NCBI GenBank assembly: GCA_050230475.1
Contig: JBFLGF010000001.1
Location: forward strand, 186,001-250,000
Direction of reading: 5' to 3'
DNA from: Ancylonema sp.
Taxonomy: Eukaryota
Length of the DNA: 64,000 nt
The position numbers and the translations under genes are program-made. Within the stretch, counting starts at the first letter, position 1; every line of letters starts with the position of its first letter. Shown here in pieces: positions 1-11,843 of the stretch. A model generated the notes under the pieces. The model saw only the letters and a list, made by a program, of their open reading frames with translations, ran no database searches and had not been told where the DNA came from.

Positions 1-3000
1 TGCTTCTACTTCCCCTGTCGCCCCCCCTCTCTCTCCACTCTGCCACTCCATGCGTGCCTTATCAAGTTGGGAGCAGAGGTGGTGAGTTTGGGGGGATGCC
101 ACCTGCTGCATCCCCCGTATGGCCCTCATCATGCAACGCTCCTCTTCACAACGAGACTCCCACACCCCCTTCTCCTCCACGTTGGCCAGCACCACAAAGC
201 GACTGTCCCTCTTCCTTGCCCTCCCCCTGCTCTGGATGAGTGCCGTCATGGAGACAGCTCCGTCGAATCGTATCACAAGGTTGCATGCGGGCACATCCAG
301 GCCTTCTTCTGCGACACTGGTGGCCACCAGAATGCGATACACCCCGGAACGGAACCGATCCAGCACGGGCTTCTGCTCCTCTTGCCAGCTCATCCCGTCA
401 AACCCAGAGTGACCGACCAACGTGGCTACCTTGAGCTTCTTCAGGGCTTCTACCTGCCCCAACATCTTGGCCACAAGCTTGGTTGTGCTTTTCTTCTGCA
501 CGAATATGAGCACACGGGAGTTGGAATTGTGGCGGAGAGATTTCGTGACCTCATCTATCACAGCAGTCATCCTGCTAGACCACTCCTCCCTGTCTCCCTC
601 CCCCACTCCATGACCTGTCCACGAAAGCGGCCATCTCAAGTCCCGGATGATCTCCAGCTTTGCCGCTTGCTCCTTGGAGCACCCCACCCTCTTCCAGTAT
701 CTGCACAGTTCCCTCCGTGAAGCCGAGGGGCTGTACACGTGGCACGTCCACAGCATGCTCATCATTTCCAGGGCGTGCTGCACCACGGCACGCAGGGGAC
801 CCGCCTTGCGGGCAGAGGCGAAGTCCTGAAGCTTCCGCAGTTCCCCCCTCAGGTTTCCCTCCACCAACTCTGCTGAGAAATTGGAGTCTAACTGGAAGTA
901 GTCACTGGCCACAGCCATCCTCTGCACCTTGGCCAGCAGAGTGTTCAAGTACCCCACCAACTCCCGTTTGAATGCCTCCTCGTCTGCAGAGGGCACCACC
1001 GGCACACACTCTGTGTCGGCTCTGGCAGTGAGATCTTCCAACTGCTGCCAGTAGAGATTCGGTACCCGGAATTCGGCGCCGCAGAAGGCCTGGGACAGGG
1101 AACGCAGCTGGATACCTGTTTGCGCCATGGAAATCTTGCCACCTGGGGACGCTGTGAGACCTGGCACATCACAGGGCAGGTCGCATACTGCAATGAGATC
1201 TAGAGAGGACAGTCTTCTGGCATTCACAGTTGCACAGGACGTGTTTGCAGATTACGAGGTATCAATCAGTTTGGGACGACCATAAAATTCAGGGCATCTA
1301 AATCGATGAAGGGACCAACGAGAGGGATGTGCAGAACCTCATACAACATTCTCGGAGGTGGAGGCAACACCACGCTTTTCAAAATCATGTATCTGGTGTT
1401 GCATACCTTTTTTACCATAATTGTATGGTCAAAATTGCACGCACTACCAGATACATAATTTTGAAGACTGAAAGTCTACAAACATCTACACACATGATTG
1501 AAGTATGAGTACAATTACACGAATTGACACCCACACCCTCACAACTCACCTAGAAGACGGGGCCTGTCCTCCAGGAGGCAAGGACGGAAATGTTCATTCA
1601 GGATACGAGCAAAAGGGTGGGTCTTGGAAGCGTGGTGGGCTTCATCGAATACCAACAGGCTGCACCAAGAGAGAGGGAAGCCCGCTGCCAGCTTGTTCAG
1701 AAAGACCTGCGCTGTCATGGCCAGCACGTCGTAATCATCTTTGAGGGACATTATGTCGGCAGCAGTGGAGAGGTTGAGCGAGGAGGAATTCTCTCCGGTG
1801 TATTCCTGCAAAAAAACGAAGAGCGGCAGTGGAGAGGCTGAGCGAGAAGGGATTTTCGTCAATGTATTTCTGGAGGCAACCGAAGAGCAGCAGGTATGTG
1901 GTTTACACAAGCTGTGATCCCGCCCATGTGCTGCTTTACACACCTGAACCCGCAGACCGGCATCCACCCTAAGTACTTGTGCTTGCTGATGCACAAGCGG
2001 CACCCTATCTGCCAGGAATACGACAAAACGTTTGGGATTGCAGTCCACCATGCAGCGGGCCACCATCCCCGCAACCAATGTTTTGCCAGTCCCCGTGGGC
2101 AGAACCACAATCCTCGAACTTCCCAGCATGGCCTCCACATATAGCTCCACCTGGTCGTTCACAAGGTAGTACTTAGGTTCAATGTGGAGTGATGGGAGAA
2201 AACGATCAAATGTGTTTTGATTCAGCAATCAGCTTGCTTGCAGCCAAGTTATAAACAGTTACCATTTTTTTTGTGTTTAAATGCCCCGATCAAACTGGAG
2301 TAACAGTGGCAACTGGTTCATACCAACCATGGATGACAATGTGGACAACAATCACTGTTTTGCGCGTGGCAGGTTTTCCATTGGCGCTGAAATGAAGAGA
2401 ATCAAATAATTTCAACACAAATGGGACCCTGTTGGCGGTTTTGCCCCATCGGTAGTTGCAACAGGTGGGCAGCCTGCCTGACCATGGTTGTCAAATAGAT
2501 GCTGCATAATAATGGCTCCTCAAATATGGCAGCCTGATGATGCCTGCATGAAAAGGCAGTAGGTCCGGGCCGCATGGGTATTACTTGGTAACCACCTGGT
2601 CACTGGTAATCACCTGGTAATCACTTGGTAACCACCTGGTCACTGGTAATCACCTGGTAATCATGCGGCACCCTCCCACAGCGGATGAACGGGGCAAGAT
2701 TCAGCGAGGAGATCACTTCGGCAGACGGGCGATTCAAGGGGGGGGCTACATTGAGTGCCTCGGCTTCTGTCGGCTGGGGGTCCCAGCCTGCCGGCCAAAT
2801 GGACTGCACGCGACGCTCGATGCTGGGAAACATGTCGAGCGCACCCCGCCATTTCTTCACTTTGAACAAACTCAGGCGTGTCTTCTTGGCGGAAAAACAA
2901 AGGAGGGGTTCCTCAGCTGACCCGACCTTACTCTCGGTCCCCACATCCATGCTACATTCATTGTGTATTATCTTTCTGGGATTGAAGCGACGGCTTTTGT

Positions 3001-3163
3001 GGTCGGGATGAGGGACAAGGTGAATAGTCGTGGCCCAAACGGACTCCTCCAGCTCCGGTTTGACGATAAGGTGCCACGCATCGGCCCCTTGGTCAAAAAA
3101 ACAGAGTGAGGACTCCGGCAAGATTATTGCCTCACAATTATGACAGATCAAGCTACACGCCAT
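1..3163 (-). CDS. RIG-I/Dicer-family DExD/H-box RNA helicase with N-terminal RIG-I-CTD-like zinc domain; 3' end lies beyond window start
   Basis: Exons 3163-2654, 2150-1944, 1805-1550 and 1160-1 join in frame at GT-AG junctions. Motifs: PHDYQ|VELY (Q), LPTGTGKT (I), DEAHH (II), GLTASP (III), LIFVQKK (IV), ATSVAEEGLDVPACNLVIRFD (V), QSRGRAR (VI), then a pincer-like helix EERCMMRAI. Exon 1 begins LICHNC...WHL...PHPDHK...KIIHNECSMDVG...KKW. The last exon stays open to base 1. Confidence 0.9.
2581..2660. repeat. 40-bp tandem duplication spanning the first splice donor of the helicase gene
   Basis: 2581-2620 and 2621-2660 are 39/40 identical and are built from tggtaa/cacctgg sub-repeats. Confidence 0.9.
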
Positions 3164-3784
3164 TCGGAAGACTACTGAATAGGCATCTTGGGCTATTCAC
3201 TCTAGCTGCTGCCTGTACGCGCCACCAGTGGCAAGCGAGTATGTTCAGTCGACACCGTCAAGTTTCAATATTGCAGCGACATTATTCATTCTTTCCTGTC
3301 AGCTGCAAGTGCATGTCTACAGAAAAACTCTGGATGAAAAACAAGGTGTAAATGCAGACATGGCACGATCCTTGTCCATGTTTACATGGCTGATCAAAGA
3401 TGCACAACGAGAGCCACTCCTGACTCCGACATTGAGCTTCACGTCCGAGACGCTTGGCGGATTCCGCATCTTCGGTTCGCGATGGGGGGTTGTCTTCAAG
3501 TCTAAAGTTAAGACTTGAGCAACTCTTAAAAAAAAGTTTATTTCCGCCTAAAGTAGCAACTTGCTACCGGGCAGCTACCCCTCTACCGATTTCCTACCGA
3601 TTTAGTTGCCCTAACCGGGTGGTCATCGGAAGGGGGTGGGGCCACGGAAGGCGGTAGGGAGCGGTAGGGAGGCGGTAGTTTTTTTTTTTTTTTTTCTTTT
3701 TTCGTCCCCCCCCTCCTCGGATGTGAATACTTAGATTGAAGGGATTTGCTCTAATAAACAAGCTACCCCGTTGCTAGTTACAAC

Positions 3785-5751
3785 TAGCGTTGTGAATGTT
3801 ACGTTCACACCTTACACTTACACTCGTACGTAAAGTGTAACGTAACGAAAAACGTAAAATTACAACTAACTAATACGTTTTATGCATACCGTACTGGGCA
3901 CCGTATATGATTTTTAATCAATTACCGAAACCCGAAAGTAATCATTTAAATTAATTACTTAATGGTAGAAAAAGGAAATCATTAATAAAACCCGTTTTCG
4001 GAATCATTTACGGGAAATTCGGGGTCACCTGGATGTGACTCTACAGTAAACCATTGATATAGTGACAATTTTATAGACAGGGGAAAATAATGTCACTATA
4101 TCGAATGCCAGGGGTGTCACTATACACTAAATAGTGACATTTGATAGGGCGACATTGAGCCAATGTCACTATATCGAAGGAAAGTGGAATTTAAGTTATT
4201 TTGAGCAACCAAATCAGGTGTGCAGAGTTTTTTACTGGAGAAGGTAAGTCAATTATATGGCGTTTTACCCGTTTTTTTTAATATCCACTTGCTTCAAAAA
4301 CCCTCTTTGAAGTAATAATGTCAGGACAGGTATAAAATATTAATTCAGACAGGTTATTAATTTATTATTAATTTATTTTCTATTATATTTGGGAGATTAT
4401 TGATTTTCACAACGTTAATTTGGACAGGTTTCACCCTAAAGTGACATCTCAATAGTAAAATCTGGGAAAATTTGGTCACTAAAACGTGTGTCACTATAGC
4501 GATTGTCACTATATCGAGTGAATTTTTATATAGGATTAGAAAAAGGGCAGAAAAAATGTCACTGTATCGTGATTGTCACTCTATCGAGTGTCACTATATC
4601 AAGGGTTTACTCTAGATGTGATGAAACTGGGTACACGACAAAGCAGGCAGGTGGGTACACGACGTCAGAAGCTACGTACCGGGCCCTAAAGTCCCACGAT
4701 ATGGGAAATATTACCGATTAGACGCGCTACACGACAAATTAAGACCATCCATAACGATTAAATTGTTGCCGGTCGAAATATCGCGACTGGTACAAGTGCT
4801 TGCCACGTGCACTTGTGACGTCAAAATGTACAGTAAACATGTAAGAATGACCCAGATAAAGACAAATCATTTGATTTTTGATTTCTAAACAAGGAGATCT
4901 TTCACGCTTTTTATTCCTACAATCCGGAATCATCCCCGAAAATCATTGATAATAATTAACGGATTCATGGAATCATTACCATAAATCATCGATAATAACT
5001 AACGGAATCCCGGGATCATTTTGAAAAATCATTACGAAAATAATTAATTTTGGAAAAACAGAAATCATGTAGGATGCCCAGGACGGCAACTGGTAAAGTG
5101 CACGTCCACATGTACACCATATATTATCGCACGCTCAAAGATCCGACGCCGTGGATCCACGTATCCAACCCTCGTTGTCAGAAACGTCTTCGCGAGGTCT
5201 CCCATATAAAGTTTCTTATACACAGTATAATAAATATTCGCTATAAGAAACTTTTCCTTCAACATTTTTGGGTTTCTTATATCGGGGATTAAATGTACCC
5301 AAATCTTATGTATAAATGGCTCAATCGTCTCCAAGACTGCATCTTATGTATAAATAGAGCCTCGTTTCTAAGATCGGGTAACTCGTTGTCTCTCTGCCAG
5401 TCAGTCTGTCACCATGATTATTACATTATAGTGATTGGATTCAATAAACTCGAACCTCATCGAATCTGGCGGCTAGCGAAATGTCATTTGTCAATACAAG
5501 GTCGATGTTATCCTCGCAATCGTCATTTACGGTAGATTCGTGGTTAAATATCTTACATGTAATGAAAAATTACAATGTAAACTATGTACATTACCGGTAA
5601 GTGTAATTTACCCATGTAAATTAAATTAAATTAAATTAAATCGTTTCGCCCGATGGTAATTTTCCAAAAATAAAAACGTAATTTAAGTTACGCGTTAAAC
5701 TACCGTTGTTACTACAGTCAAACCCAAAAATACCGTAATTTCACAACGCTA
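3785..5751. mobile_element. Non-autonomous hAT-type DNA transposon containing a nested MITE
   Basis: TIR TAGCGTTGTGAA ... TTCACAACGCTA; perfect 8-bp TSD GTTACAAC (3777-3784, 5752-5759); many subterminal AATCATT/GTAA motifs. Confidence 0.85.
4044..4612. mobile_element. Tc1/mariner-pogo-type MITE nested in the hAT element
   Basis: TA-flanked; ~24-bp TIR CAGTAAACCATTGATATAGTGACA / TGTCACTATATCAAGGGTTTACTC; repeated internal TGTCACTAT motifs. Confidence 0.85.
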
Positions 5752-6094
5752 GTTACAACATCACGATTTGAAACTCTTCACTTCAATAGAGGATCGACCA
5801 AACACACAAACTAGACAATATCGCATTGGCGTCTTCGTCGTTTTCGTCTTCGTCGTTTTTTGTTTTCCTTTGTTACTTTGTACTAAAGGTTTTTTTTTTT
5901 TTTTTGGTTAAGTAAAATTTGGACTTATAATATGAACGTACTAATACTATTAATTTCAAACTATTTTAAAATTTATATTATATCTATTTGGGTTTTACTC
6001 CAAATAGAAAAACGGATGGAACGTTGTCGCAATTGCGACAACTGTTTGAGAGGAACGTGTAAATGTGAATCTTTATGAAAGCGATCTCGAAATA

Positions 6095-6663
6095 CAATAA
6101 ATCCTGTCTTAATTAATACTGTCTTAATTAATAATCAGTCTTAATTGATAAAATTTTCCGGTCCCGACCTTGGGCGAGTGTAATTATTACCAAACCTCTC
6201 AAACGCGATAACTAATATTTTTCCCCGGTCCCGCCTCTATGCTGATTAACGTGCTAATGAATAATGTACGGAATCCGTACGTATCCGTACACAGTATTTG
6301 TAAGAATAAGGGATTAAAAATGTGAGGGAGGGGGAAATTTAAAAAAAAAACTGAAAAAATCCGGATTTTCCTTCAAAAAACCGAATTCTTAAAAAAAAAT
6401 AAAAAAATTTAGAGTAATGCGGGTTACAAATATGTTGGGTTGGCTCATGTTAGAACTAGGTTTAAATCATTACAATTATGACTATGAATACGTGAAAATC
6501 CACGTTTGAGATGATTCCGACCTGGATATGAGGCCGTTGCCCCTCGTTTTCCCATAAAAGTTGGTTTTAGGTCATTTCGAACCGATCCCGTTTTAGATAA
6601 TAACCTGTCTTAATTACTAATATTTTACGGTCCCGACATTATTAATTAAGACAGGTTTTAATG
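6095..6663. mobile_element. Tc1/mariner-pogo-type MITE
   Basis: TA-flanked; TIR CAATAAATCCTGTCTTAATTAATA / TATTAATTAAGACAGGTTTTAATG. Confidence 0.8.
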
Positions 6664-8922
6664 TACGTGAATTCAAAATGTGAAGTTGGAATTAGAAAAT
6701 CATGTTCTCAACTTGGATGGAGGACCGAATAAATACATTATCGAGACAAGAAAGCATTGATATTTTTTCCGATTTGTTTTTTCTACATTTGTTTTTCTTA
6801 CATCATACCAAACAAACTAACTAAAGACCTATACCGAAAATCAGAAACTAACCCATTTGTATCATTGAAGTCCCTAATGCTTGCTTCTTATGTTTTGTTC
6901 CCCAAGGCCCCTAGAACTAGATTCTACGAGGAAAGCCTCCCCGTTGAAGTGAGTCCACTCCACTTCCCTTCCTACAACGATATCACTTATACGGTCCCCT
7001 ACACAAACATACCAACGATGGCGATCGGGTGATATGTGAATCATAAAGTGCGATTGCAAACGAGAATATCTCGGCCATCGTGGCAAATATTTCACTCCAA
7101 TAGATATAGAGCATTGTGGGCGTTGAATACAATGTCTCTGATTGGGTCTCTCACGAACTCGGTGCTTTCATATTGAACATGTTTCCAAGATATTGTTGTG
7201 CTTCATGAATTCATATCCCCCCTTAGCTCCATATTTATAACTTACGGATAGGGAGATACCATAAAAACATTCGAAATTATTGAACTCCCCGCCCATTCCC
7301 TTCTGTACTTCCTTTTCTTCCCTACCGACCCTTGTTGCTGCCCCAACCCCAACCTACCAAACCCGGCACGGTCGGGTCAAATTCCTTACCCCATTCTTCA
7401 TATGTAAGCTCGGTAGCCCGCCCGATAGGCTAAAATCGTACGATAGGTGGGCGGTAGGGGGTAGGGCGGAGTCGCCAACGCTAATCCATAAGCATTAACG
7501 GCCCCAACCCGTAAAATTCCACCCCGCTTTTCGCTCCGTACATGTTTGTCATGCTCGCTTCTAGGCGTGGGAACAATATTTTCCGGTTACTCGGAAAGGT
7601 ATATTCAGGTCTATACAATGTCTCCATAGTTATACGATCCCGAACCGCTTCGAGCCCGACCTTAGATTGAACGTGTCCGGAGGTCATATGCATGAGAAGA
7701 TTGCGACAAACATTTTTTATTTTGGTGTATTTTGACATTTTGACCCAATAAAAACATGGAAGCAGTAAACGGCATTCGATAATAAAATATACAAAACCGT
7801 AACCATGAATATATATTGTGTTTTGTTATGAGCGAATACGATTCTGCTCCATTATTGTTAGGCACTTTAGCAATCATCTACTTAATTAAGTTGCAAATGC
7901 AAGAAGGACAAAGTTATCGGGTTGATTCCTGACCTACAACGTATAAATTCTTGTTGATTGATCTCACCTTTTCCATAGAAACAATAACATCTTCATCGTT
8001 TCCATGCAATTTCTTGAGAAACGGCGAAATTCGATTGAAATGTTAGCTTGTTATTAAAAATATCACCTTGAACAAAGAAATAACATCCCCTTCATAATAT
8101 TCAGAAGTCGAAACTACTCGCATTCCTGGTATGCGTATGATGCGAAAGATAGTTGTCAAGCTTCCCACTCATAAGATTGCACCAAGCCCTAGGATCGCGC
8201 AAAACATCAGCGAATTATCATTCGCAACAACACGCAACACGCAAAAATTTCCGCAACAAATGACTTTCGAGTGTTGTATTTTCTACACACCTCGAGTGAC
8301 TGGCGAACAAAATTTGAATCTCCCCCCCCCCAGAAAAAAACACCATGTTATATTGGATGTAGCACTCGGATGTTATTGCGGGAAAGTCCCTTAACATGAG
8401 CCGATTCACGCTGTTCAAACCGGTTCCTTCTTGGGTCCAGTTCGGACCCAAGAGGGGAACCGTTTGAGTCAGATTGGTTCTAAACCAAGTTTGATGTAGG
8501 GAAATCTGGTTCTATATTGGAAAACATTTTCCAAGAGTACATTTTCTTAGTGTGCATCATTTGCTAAGAAACATATCAATTTGGTAGGAGGAGAAAAACA
8601 TGAAGTTCAACATTTAGTCCGCAATTCGAGTCTTGGATTTCCCCGTAGTCATGCAACATTTCTTGTTTCTATAGACTTTATCTACACTTGTGAAGCTTCT
8701 TCACATACAAATGTTCCTCTACATGTTCCAAGTATGGTATCCTACACCTACCGTTCTATCGAACTTCCGATCTCGAATATTTTCGTTGCTCCGGGTAGGT
8801 GGGCTCACAAACCAACAATACACAATAAACACATATTCACAAGTTTACAGTATATACATATAATGCACACTACTTCAACTTCCATAAGGCTCCTTCCTAG
8901 CCACTCATCTTCAGCCTTGTGA

Positions 8923-11289
8923 TTATTGTGGCGAACTTTGAAATAACGTCACAGTTGCAATCTGTTTGTTTCTCATCACCTGCACACACATCAACTCCCG
9001 TGCACAAAATCACTCATTTGCAAAGAAAACACTCCACTCCTTCCCAAAAGCAACAAGAGCAACAATAACGGTACACCTTTCTGCACGTACTCTCAAAAAT
9101 CTGATGGAGACAAGCTTACCTCAAACGCTATGTCTCGGTATCCATAAACAAACGTGGGTCCGAATGGATTGGTTCCGGATCCCCGAGTTTGAATCGCCGC
9201 TCGCCCGCCACTCCCCAGACATTCCTACACCTCCCTCCCAACCCCCAACCCCAACACGACAGTGAGGAGGTGTGGACCCAGCTGCCAGCTTCCCCCCACC
9301 TCCTCTCTCCCCCCACCTCTACTTGGTCCCATTTGGTGTCTGCAGTAATGGGAGGGGAGTTGGAGGGCAAGGGGATGGAGAAGTTGCATTTGATATAGTT
9401 GGTGAAATCTGCCGCCCCGGGGCAGTTGGTGTGCAGCACAAACTTTTTAACCCCACAGCTCTGCCCTCGGGAAGTGAAGAGGATGTCTATCCCTCGTCGG
9501 AAGTAGGAGAATACAGTGTCCGTGGGGGGGGAGAGGGGGGGGGAAGACGCGTGGGAGTGGATGAGCATGGCGTCACCCTGAATCCAGCCCCCTCCCCAAA
9601 CGCAGTCAGCAGGGGGCAAGGATGGGGAGCCAGGAGGGCGGGCTCACCTGCTTGGGGCTGATTGAACACGGACGGCCCAGCTCTGACCACACGTCCTGTC
9701 AAAACGAAAGCAGGGCTGGTTGGTTGGTTGGTTGGTTGGTTGCAAAAGAGGGGGTTGATCTGCGGACCTGTTGGGAAGATCCAAAACCGATTTTCTGCCC
9801 CCCCACAGTAAAGAACAGCCCCTCTGCCAGCTGCGCCACCAAGGACAGCAAATGGGGCACAGGATGAGGATCCGTCCATCCATCCATCCTGCTTCCCTCT
9901 CGCAGGACATACTCACTTTCGCCTGGACTTCCTCCATGTACACGCTGCCAGGTGGCAGGGGAGGAGGCAGTGCCCTGCCTGACAAGGACCCAACCTCCCC
10001 TCCCCCACCCTCCATGGCGGTGGAGGCGTAGAGTTGAATGCGGGAAGCCACGGGGGTGGTGCCGTCGGGAAACTCGAGGGGAAGCTCCGCTGCACACGCA
10101 ACCCCACGTGACATTCAACACGCGGTATTCAACTTTTCAAGGGCTGAGAACAGACCCTCACTGTCGCGATTTGAAAGGAAGTCAGAGTACTTGGGCGGAA
10201 TGGGAAACTTCACAGCCACTCCCTGCAAACAGAAGTAGGTTCAGTATCCATGCGGGTGTGGAGGAGCAGCGCAGGGACGGAGCAGGGACTGGGTACCGGG
10301 TAGAAGAGAGTGTAAATGCCTTGCTTGCAGTCGAAGTGCCCTGGGAACGTGGGGCCGAGAACAGAGTAGACACGGACAAAAGTGGCGGCAGCAGTCGGAC
10401 CCCTGCAATGACCCTCACAGATGAAGTCATGAGCTCATGTGCTCTTCTGTCGAAAGCCTGAGTTTCCTACCCGATAGTCGAGGTGGCATAACGCAGCTGA
10501 AGGCGAGTGACGTCGTAACTTTCGATCAAACGCAACCTCTGCAGCGAATGAGATACAGATTCAGTCTAAATGTTTGCTTTGTGCCGAATCCACCCTTAAG
10601 CTCATCTGTGTATTCGGGTAGCCAGTGAGAAGTGGGGAGTGGAGTGAAGGTACGGAAGGGCACACCTGAGAAACAGGGTGGAAACGCAGATGCAGCCCAA
10701 GGTGTGGAAATGCAACCGAGATATCCCATAGTAGGGGCTCCTGGCAACACCATTCAATCGGACACGATATCGATGGGATTCGTGTGCCGAAAAGAAGATC
10801 GGTGAGCAGGATCAGGGGCAGGAGACGATACTCACCTCATCACTATACTTGACTTGCGTACTGTCACACAGCGCTCGCTGCTGCTCCACTCGGGCAAGGG
10901 CCTCGCACAGAGGCATACCTGCGAGCCGTCCACGGAGATAACATCTCCATCCTCTCATGCGACAAGTACATCCACGCATTTTCTGCCGCACCACGCATCG
11001 ACTTTGGATTTTTTTGTATATTATCTTATCGAAAACAGTAAATAGACAGTAAATACTGAACCACACAACCAGGATTATACGTATCATTCGTCTCGTCTCG
11101 GAGGGTGGTATCTCCTAAACCTCATCGAGCAGGGTGAAACGTCTGTATACAATAGCCATAGCAGCAGAAGCTATTAGCTTGATAAAATGCGTAGATAAAG
11201 CAGCATCACGCATGTCAAACCACAATCGTACCCAGGTTAAAAAGGCCTACGCCTACGCCGGGCCGTATTTCCAGAGTGGAAAGTACCAT
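8923..11289 (-). CDS. PHAF1: UPF0183 / PHAF1 (C16orf70, At3g51130-like) family protein, multi-exon
   Basis: Spliced peptides [156 protein letters not shown] match the remembered plant UPF0183 sequence. ATG at 11289, TAA at 8925-8923. Confidence 0.9.
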
Positions 11290-11843
11290 ACTGAGTAAGT
11301 CAAAGTTAAACAGTCTCTTTATGAATGAAGTTGGTTATGCTCATGTAAAACTACCGTTGCTCTGATAGGAACATTGAAAAACAGCACCTCCATCAGTGTT
11401 CGGTGGGAATCGTTTTTCCACCCTTCCACACGTTACAATTTGCCCTTAGCAAATTGTTGAGCCTAAAGCATAAAGCCCCCCCCAGTCCCCCACGGTGATT
11501 AATTTTGCGCGTTTTATACTGGTAACCCCCCAATTATTTGTGAACTTTTATTTTTCGCAGGTGCTTTTTTAACTTTTTCACAAAAAGTAAAACCCGAAAT
11601 CAAAATTTTGGAATCGCGTCTTGTTCCCGGTCCGGATTAAAAGATTCGGTGATTTTAGTTGGACAACTAAAATCAACGACTGCCACTTTGCCATGATGCA
11701 GAATCTGACACGTGGATATCAACTCTCCGAAATTTATTCAGAGCGAGCGTCCCTTCAACGCCTTCCATCAGGAGCGCGAAGAAAAGGTCGCTTCCTCCCT
11801 GCCATTCCTGTTCCCCCTGCCTACTGTCTCGGCAACCGCAATC

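Noticed and set aside
54..971. Several plus-strand ORFs of up to 217 aa
   Set aside because: Antisense shadows of the minus-strand helicase exon 1160-1, which the ORF track omits because it has no stop in the window.
5065..5334. Possible hAT transposase remnant (..VDPR..)
   Set aside because: A single weak motif in a short ORF, not enough to call.
3540..7482. Larger element suggested by CTACCG/CGGTAG motif clusters at both ends (similar clusters at 43500-43930 and 47170-47310)
   Set aside because: Probably a TE, but I could not find a matching TIR pair and TSD, so boundaries are unsupported.
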